A DNA stretch of 64,000 nucleotides. Origin: a candidate division WOR-3 bacterium (GTDB lineage: Bacteria > Hydrothermota > Tepidihabitantia > B3-TA06). This document shows, in pieces, positions 58,684-64,000 of this stretch. The notes beneath the pieces are model-generated. The model worked only from the letters and a program-made list of their open reading frames with translations. It was not told where the DNA came from and ran no database searches. Each line of letters begins with the position of its first letter. Positions within the stretch are counted from its first letter, which is position 1. The position numbers and the translations under genes are program-made. Location: NCBI GenBank assembly GCA_965649265.1, contig CBFGKC010000003.1:151217-215216 (forward strand), in the 5' to 3' direction.

Positions 58684-59403
58684 TTAGCGGTTCTTGGCCC
58701 ATGAGGGCGGAAAGAATAATACATCCAGGGGTGCCGATATCCAAATCCCCAAGGCCAGGCCGCCGAACGCGTTTCTTGCGCGAAACCAGTTGTTATAAAC
58801 CTTGTAGCGCGGATCCATCTCCGATGTATCTCTGGCTGCAAGATAATACTCGTGGGCTTTATCCATAAAAACCTGGGAGATAATCAATCCCCCAAGGGAG
58901 AGTCCTTCTCCTGTGATAAATAACCAGCCCTTTGTTTTTTCACCCAGATACATCTGGCCTAAACCCGGAAACGCGAAGGAACTCAGAGCGGCGGTTCGAA
59001 GACTCAACGAACCTGAGGTAGCTAATGAATTTACTGCATTAACAGGTGTCTGGGTGTCAATGTGCCATGTCTGGTCGAATTCTTTCTTAACCACGTCAAA
59101 AACCTCGATTATCTTGGGGGAAACAAGTTCGGGATCAAGAACGACCGATGAATCCATGGAGAGGATGATTCTGAATTCCTCTCCTGCGTCGCTTGTTTTC
59201 CCCAGCGCTACGAGAGAAAAAGCCGCATACTTGCGCAATTCGATAACCGTGGTTTCATCAAGACTCGAATCACCTTTAATATATTCCTCGACTTTCTCTA
59301 ACGCTTCTGTGTAAGAACCACGGTAATAAAGAGTCTCCACCTCTCTAAGAGGTTCAACATTACTTAAAATGCTTAAAATCCACAACAAAACTCGAACGTT
59401 CAT
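58684..59403 (-). CDS. TPR-containing protein with C-terminal PGLGQ (DUF5683-like) membrane region
   Basis: YY.G.Y.EA, A..F..IL..D....LDP..VSPKI..VF; S...PGLGQMY.G...KG. Confidence 0.75.
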   Translation of the reverse strand: MNVRVLLWILSILSNVEPLREVETLYYRGSYTEALEKVEEYIKGDSSLDETTVIELRKYAAFSLVALGKTSDAGEEFRIILSMDSSVVLDPELVSPKIIEVFDVVKKEFDQTWHIDTQTPVNAVNSLATSGSLSLRTAALSSFAFPGLGQMYLGEKTKGWLFITGEGLSLGGLIISQVFMDKAHEYYLAARDTSEMDPRYKVYNNWFRARNAFGGLALGIWISAPLDVLFFPPSWAKNR

Positions 59404-59472
59404 TTCACCTCTACACTCACCTTAGGAAACTGCCCGCATGATTTTTGTGAGTCGCTAGACATCGAATTAACA

Positions 59473-59488
59473 AGCAATATTCGTGCCA
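59473..59488 (-). promoter_or_regulatory. sigma-54 -24/-12 promoter
   Basis: Reverse strand TGGCAC-GAATA-TTGCT, 70 nt upstream of the 59403 start. Confidence 0.85.
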
Positions 59489-59496
59489 GCCTGGTT

Positions 59497-61101
59497 TTAT
59501 TTTTCACTGAGAACCACCATTTTTGAAAGAGTATCGCCGGAAAGGAGTTCTATTGTTGCTTCATAGGGGGCCAGACTGGGGTGAGTTACAACAAGTCGGT
59601 GTTTGCCGGGTTTTAAGACTATGGGTGCCGATATCGGTGTAGTGGAAACATGTGCTCCGTCAATATAAACTTCACCCCATGGTTTTACAACAAGAGCCAG
59701 CCAACTTGATGACTCTACAAGATCAACTTGAACGGATAAGGTTTGTCCGGGATTGATATTTACCACTTCTTCTTTTGGTGGATAGTAGTCGTTTACGAGG
59801 GTCAGCTTGTGTCTGCCCGGCGAGATGGGAAGCAGCTTGTCGGATGGTGTGGTTTCGCAGTACTTGCCATCCACATAGATCCTTGCCCATGGCTTGACGC
59901 TGAAACTGAGGAAGGATTCTTTCCCGGGATGGGGGAGCGAATACGAGTCACCGGTTTTCTTGTCGTTTGTGGGAGAAGACGTGGAGATCGAGATGTCCTT
60001 GTTACCAGTATTGGATATTGCCGGCGGCGCGAGTGTTATACCGGTTGATGTGTTGGTCGCCGTGCTTTCTGTTTTAGATGAAACGTATTGCTGCGGATTT
60101 TTTTTGATCGAATCGTGATATTGAATAAAAAGGGGCCTTGCGAGAATATAGGCGACGATGAGAAGACTCAGGGGACCGCCGAGAGCCGGATACAACCAAT
60201 AGAGACGTTTGCCCTTTTTGTGAGCGTGTTTCATTTGGGCATGGGGGGGAGGGGTGAACCCGGATACAAGGGATACTCTGGGGTCTGTTGGGCTACCTAG
60301 ATTTACTAAAGAAAGATCTTTTAACAGCGCGTCAAGATTCTGGTAACGGTTTATAGGCCTTTTTGCGATCATTCGTTGAACTATTCTTGAAAGTTCGTAA
60401 GGGATCAAGGGGTTAATCCGGTGAAGATTCCTGGGCAAGCTTCTTCTGATCTTTTCGAAAATCGCAGAATATGACTCAGCCGAAAAAGGATTCAAACCCG
60501 CAAGCATTTCGTATGAGACGACCCCGAGGGAGAAGATGTCGGCTCGCTCGTCCACCCTTGTTCCCTTAAGCTGCTCAGGGGCACTGTAGGCTGGCGTTCC
60601 CAGCAAAGTTCCGTCAAGGGTAATCTCCGGCATGGAAAGGGAGCACGCCAGCCCGAAATCGGTTATCTTTATTGAGCCGTCTTTTCCTATAAGAATGTTG
60701 CCGGGCTTGATGTCGCGGTGAACGATGCCTTTAAGGTGAGCGTATGCCAGTCCGGAAGCCACTTCTTTAATAATCAAGAGAGCTACGTCCGGAGTAAGAT
60801 TACTTCGCACGGAGAGTTCCTTTAATGACATTCCGTCAACCCATTCCTGAACTATGAAATACTCTCCGCGCCACCGGCCGTAGTCAAAAAGACGAACGAT
60901 GTTCGGATGAACGAGATTGGCGCATATCTTTGCCTCGCGTTCAAATCGCACGAGAAGTTCGTCCCCGGCGACCATCTTCGGGTTGAGTATCTTGAGACTG
61001 ACCGTACGGTCGAGTGGTTCCTGAACTGCCTTGTAAACCGTGGTCCAAACGGAGCTTGTAAGCTCTTCCAGAATCCGATAGTTCTTAAATTTTTTCTTCA
61101 C
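59497..61101 (-). CDS. membrane Ser/Thr kinase with two C-terminal PEGA-like domains
   Basis: RFEREA, HPNIV, HRDIKPGN, DFG, GTPAYSAPEQ; TM; two PW..VY.DG....TP units; GTG 61101 likely start. Confidence 0.92.
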   Translation of the reverse strand: MKKKFKNYRILEELTSSVWTTVYKAVQEPLDRTVSLKILNPKMVAGDELLVRFEREAKICANLVHPNIVRLFDYGRWRGEYFIVQEWVDGMSLKELSVRSNLTPDVALLIIKEVASGLAYAHLKGIVHRDIKPGNILIGKDGSIKITDFGLACSLSMPEITLDGTLLGTPAYSAPEQLKGTRVDERADIFSLGVVSYEMLAGLNPFSAESYSAIFEKIRRSLPRNLHRINPLIPYELSRIVQRMIAKRPINRYQNLDALLKDLSLVNLGSPTDPRVSLVSGFTPPPHAQMKHAHKKGKRLYWLYPALGGPLSLLIVAYILARPLFIQYHDSIKKNPQQYVSSKTESTATNTSTGITLAPPAISNTGNKDISISTSSPTNDKKTGDSYSLPHPGKESFLSFSVKPWARIYVDGKYCETTPSDKLLPISPGRHKLTLVNDYYPPKEEVVNINPGQTLSVQVDLVESSSWLALVVKPWGEVYIDGAHVSTTPISAPIVLKPGKHRLVVTHPSLAPYEATIELLSGDTLSKMVVLSEK

Positions 61102-62566
61102 GCGCGGTTCCCTGAATCTTGTACTGGAGATTACGGAGAGAGATACCAAGCCTTTCGGCGGCGAGCTTGCGATTTCCATCGCATTCCTTGAGGACCCTCA
61201 GAATGAATTTTTTCTCAAACTCACACGTGGCATCCTTGAGCGAACTGGCAGGCAAGTCGTTACCCGTCTGATTACCGTCGATACCGAGGTCGTCGGCCGT
61301 TATTTTTGAAGAGGTCGCCATGGTAACGCCTCGAGCTACAAGGTTTTCAAGTTCACGGACGTTGCCGGGCCAGGAATACCGCTCCAGAATGCGCATTGCC
61401 TGCGGTGTGAAACCGACGATGCGCTTTCCGGCTTTGGCGCCGTACTTGGCCAGGAAATAATCGGCCAAAAGGGGTATGTCTCCGTGACGTTCGCGGAGAG
61501 CGGGCAGTTCTATGCGAACGACGTTAAGGCGGTAGTAAAGGTCCTCCCTGAATCTTTTTTCCTTGATTTCTACTCCTATATCCTTGTTTGTAGCGGAGAT
61601 AACCCTCACGTCCACGCTTCTTGGTGTTGTGTCACCGATTCGAAAGAATTCCTGTTCCTCGAGAACCCTCAAAAGTTTTGCTTGTGTCGCAAGATTCACA
61701 TCGGCGATCTCATCTAAAAAAAGGGTTCCCTTATCGGCTTCCTCAAACAATCCCTTTTTGTCGGCGACTGCGCCGGTAAAAGCCCCTTTTTTGTAACCGA
61801 AGAGTTCCGATTCGAGGAGAGAATCGGGTAGCGAACCGCAGTAGATGGGCACGAATCTTGCGTCCTTGCGTTCGCTGTTGTAGTGCAAGGCCCTGCTTAC
61901 AAGCTCCTTTCCCGTGCCTGTCTCGCCGTGTATCAGAACCGGGATTGAACTATTGACAAGCCGTTGCATGATGTCAAAAACAGACTGCATCTTTGAGCTT
62001 TTACCGATTATGGAAGCAAAGAGATGATCGTGTTTGAGTTCTTCTTTCAAATAGCGGTTTTCATCGGAGATCAGTTTGTGAAGCTTTGCGTTTTCGAGAG
62101 CGATTGCAGCCTGATCGGAGAAAGCGGCGAGGAACTCGAGATTTTCTTCGGTAAACAAACCCTTGCTGCTTCGTGAATCAACGTAGATTGCGCCGGAGAC
62201 TCGCCCTTTTGACTCAAGGGGGACGCATAACACCGATTGAATATTGTGTGAAAGAACGCTTCTGGAATCTTTAAGGCTTGCTTCGTCCTGCACGTCCAGC
62301 GAAAGCAAGGGCTTCTTTTCGTTTATTACCTTGCGGACAACGCTTGATGACAGCATTGTCAAGGCTCCCAGATTCTTCTTCTCAAAGTTACGGGCAACGG
62401 CGAGATCGAGATTACCGTCCGGGTTTAACAAGACCACAGCCCCTCGTTCTGCGCCGACGGTTTCGATTGCGAGATCCATGACTTTTTCCATAAGCTGAGG
62501 ATAGTCGAGTATCGAATTAATTATTTTGGTCACACTGTTGAGCACCTCCAGACCTTTACGATTCAT
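61085..62566 (-). CDS. GAF + sigma-54 AAA+ + Fis HTH transcriptional activator
   Basis: GAF (SVLCVPL...G.IYVD), GETGTGKE, GAFTGA, WPGNVREL, HTH; ATGA overlap with upstream gene. Confidence 0.95.
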   Translation of the reverse strand: MNRKGLEVLNSVTKIINSILDYPQLMEKVMDLAIETVGAERGAVVLLNPDGNLDLAVARNFEKKNLGALTMLSSSVVRKVINEKKPLLSLDVQDEASLKDSRSVLSHNIQSVLCVPLESKGRVSGAIYVDSRSSKGLFTEENLEFLAAFSDQAAIALENAKLHKLISDENRYLKEELKHDHLFASIIGKSSKMQSVFDIMQRLVNSSIPVLIHGETGTGKELVSRALHYNSERKDARFVPIYCGSLPDSLLESELFGYKKGAFTGAVADKKGLFEEADKGTLFLDEIADVNLATQAKLLRVLEEQEFFRIGDTTPRSVDVRVISATNKDIGVEIKEKRFREDLYYRLNVVRIELPALRERHGDIPLLADYFLAKYGAKAGKRIVGFTPQAMRILERYSWPGNVRELENLVARGVTMATSSKITADDLGIDGNQTGNDLPASSLKDATCEFEKKFILRVLKECDGNRKLAAERLGISLRNLQYKIQGTAREEKI

Positions 62567-63543
62567 TCCACCACGAATGTCGCCGATCTTGATTCGGACT
62601 GGTTTTCGAATTCGTCTACCACCGATACCGTCCAACTGTATTCTCCTGGTGCAAGTTTATTCATGACTTTAATGGACAGGGAATCCGAATCAATGTTAGA
62701 TTTCGGGTAGACAATTTCAAAGTTGACATCCCTCACATTAACTGCGTACGAAAAATGAAAGGATTCACCGAAACTTTCCCAAAACAACTCCGGCGACTGA
62801 CCGACGCGTTCCCAACCACTCGGTTTGATCGTCGCTGGTTGTTTGTCTATAATCCTGACTACCCTGCAGGGTTCTGAGATAACCACCTCATGAGCCTTAT
62901 CCCTGACCATAAAAAAACATTCCTTACCGATAAGTCCCCTTAGTGAATCGGATGAAAAGCAGGAATCGTCCATCTCCCTTCGATGCGTTCCGGACGGTTC
63001 GTAATACTTCAGGGGGAAAGTGTCGGCATACCCTTTAACGTAGAAGGATACCGCATCTATATCCTCCAGACCTGATCCGTCCCCGTCAAAAACCTCTGTT
63101 TCAAAAAAAACGTAGTATCTACCGTTGGATTTATGCCGAGTGGTGACGTTACATGAAACAAATGCAGGAAGAATATTAAGTAAGAAGTCGGCTTTATTCT
63201 CTTTTCCCAACGTTACCATCAACATGGTGTCCTTTGTGGAAAAACCTTCCCTTGAGGCTGTAACCTTGGTGTTTTCAGTCGCTACACCTTTGATTTCATA
63301 AAATCCATCTGAACCGCTAAGGCAATAGATGTTATCCGGTTCCACCAGAACTTTCGCTCCTTCAATCGGCATCCCGGATCGGGTCTTGACCCATCCCGTT
63401 AACCTTCCTCCTGGTTTGAAGTAGGGTGATTTTGGATCATAAGGATTATCCCGATCTGCATCACAGGCTGCAAGGAAGGCCATCAGGAAAACTGCGGCAA
63501 TCACATCCCATCTGATAACTGTTTTGTTCCCTAACACGAACAT
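62563..63543 (-). CDS. lipoprotein with carboxypeptidase-regulatory-like and Ig/FN3-like domains
   Basis: Lipobox LAAC; RDNPYDPKSP; G.PIEGAKV; L.PGEYSW.V...D...N.S.S. Confidence 0.82.
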   Translation of the reverse strand: MFVLGNKTVIRWDVIAAVFLMAFLAACDADRDNPYDPKSPYFKPGGRLTGWVKTRSGMPIEGAKVLVEPDNIYCLSGSDGFYEIKGVATENTKVTASREGFSTKDTMLMVTLGKENKADFLLNILPAFVSCNVTTRHKSNGRYYVFFETEVFDGDGSGLEDIDAVSFYVKGYADTFPLKYYEPSGTHRREMDDSCFSSDSLRGLIGKECFFMVRDKAHEVVISEPCRVVRIIDKQPATIKPSGWERVGQSPELFWESFGESFHFSYAVNVRDVNFEIVYPKSNIDSDSLSIKVMNKLAPGEYSWTVSVVDEFENQSESRSATFVVE

Positions 63544-63717
63544 ATATCAGTATATACATGACATTGCATCAAGTCAATAGTATCATCTCATAATGTAATC
63601 GATGTCCATTACGAATGCCTTGCTTCGTCGCGGAATCTCTTTGCGATAACATCGTCTTACCTGAAGGCATGGCTCGGCTCTGGGTGGTTCCATGCCAGGG
63701 TGGAGTGTTACTGGTGT

Positions 63718-63990
63718 TTCTGAGGAGGGCGGTGTTACGGGTCCCTCCGGTTTGATTACACGCTGCTGATGGAAACGCCCTATGAGATATAGCCATATCT
63801 CAAGGGGCGGACCCTGACCTGTTCGATAAAGACTCACCTCAAGGGGTAGACCTTCCCCCGGAGAGGGGTGGGTGTTATTTCCTTTGATTCAAGCTGCATA
63901 TAAGAATCCCCGGACGGGACGGATGTTTCTGAGGAGGACGGTGTTACGGGCGGGGTGTTAGGGGTTACGGGTGTTACGGGTTACGGGATG
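63718..63990. repeat. composite dispersed repeat family C with gtgttacggg array
   Basis: Shares two 25-55 bp blocks with 25800-25876 in permuted order; multiple gttacggg units. Confidence 0.8.
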
Positions 63991-64000
63991 GGGACGCTTT

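Overview
Bacterial chromosomal window with no rRNA, tRNA, CRISPR or intact transposase detected. Many secreted proteins end in a T9SS/FlgD-like C-terminal sorting domain (YDASGR...GVYF) and an Rnf complex is present, which suggests an anaerobic FCB-group lineage such as WOR-3/TA06 (inference only). Contents in order: a housekeeping operon (birA-coaX-tsaE-tsaB-rimI) extended by an ARPP-1-like gene and a Ser/Thr kinase; Lon-like protease, Usp and ADH; a GIY-YIG nuclease followed by structured 62-63 bp tandem repeats; four paralogous secreted propeller proteins; a repeat-rich accessory stretch (Rieske oxygenase, low-GC orphan, CruF-like gene); rnfCDG, with a second FMN domain behind an in-frame UGA; a PAS kinase/sigma-54 activator pair followed by two consensus-like sigma-54 promoters, one preceding a candidate sRNA and one preceding an operon of six STAS/SEC14-like proteins plus RsbS, RsbT, a degenerate RsbT-RsbX fusion and a REC-DUF4388 protein; UvrD; and a second sigma-54 module (lipoprotein, GAF-AAA activator, PEGA kinase, TPR protein, secreted protein). 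Several families of dispersed palindromic repeats and a recurrent TTGAC-N16-TANNNT, often leaderless, promoter architecture are visible. All family calls come from motif recognition by eye, not database searches.
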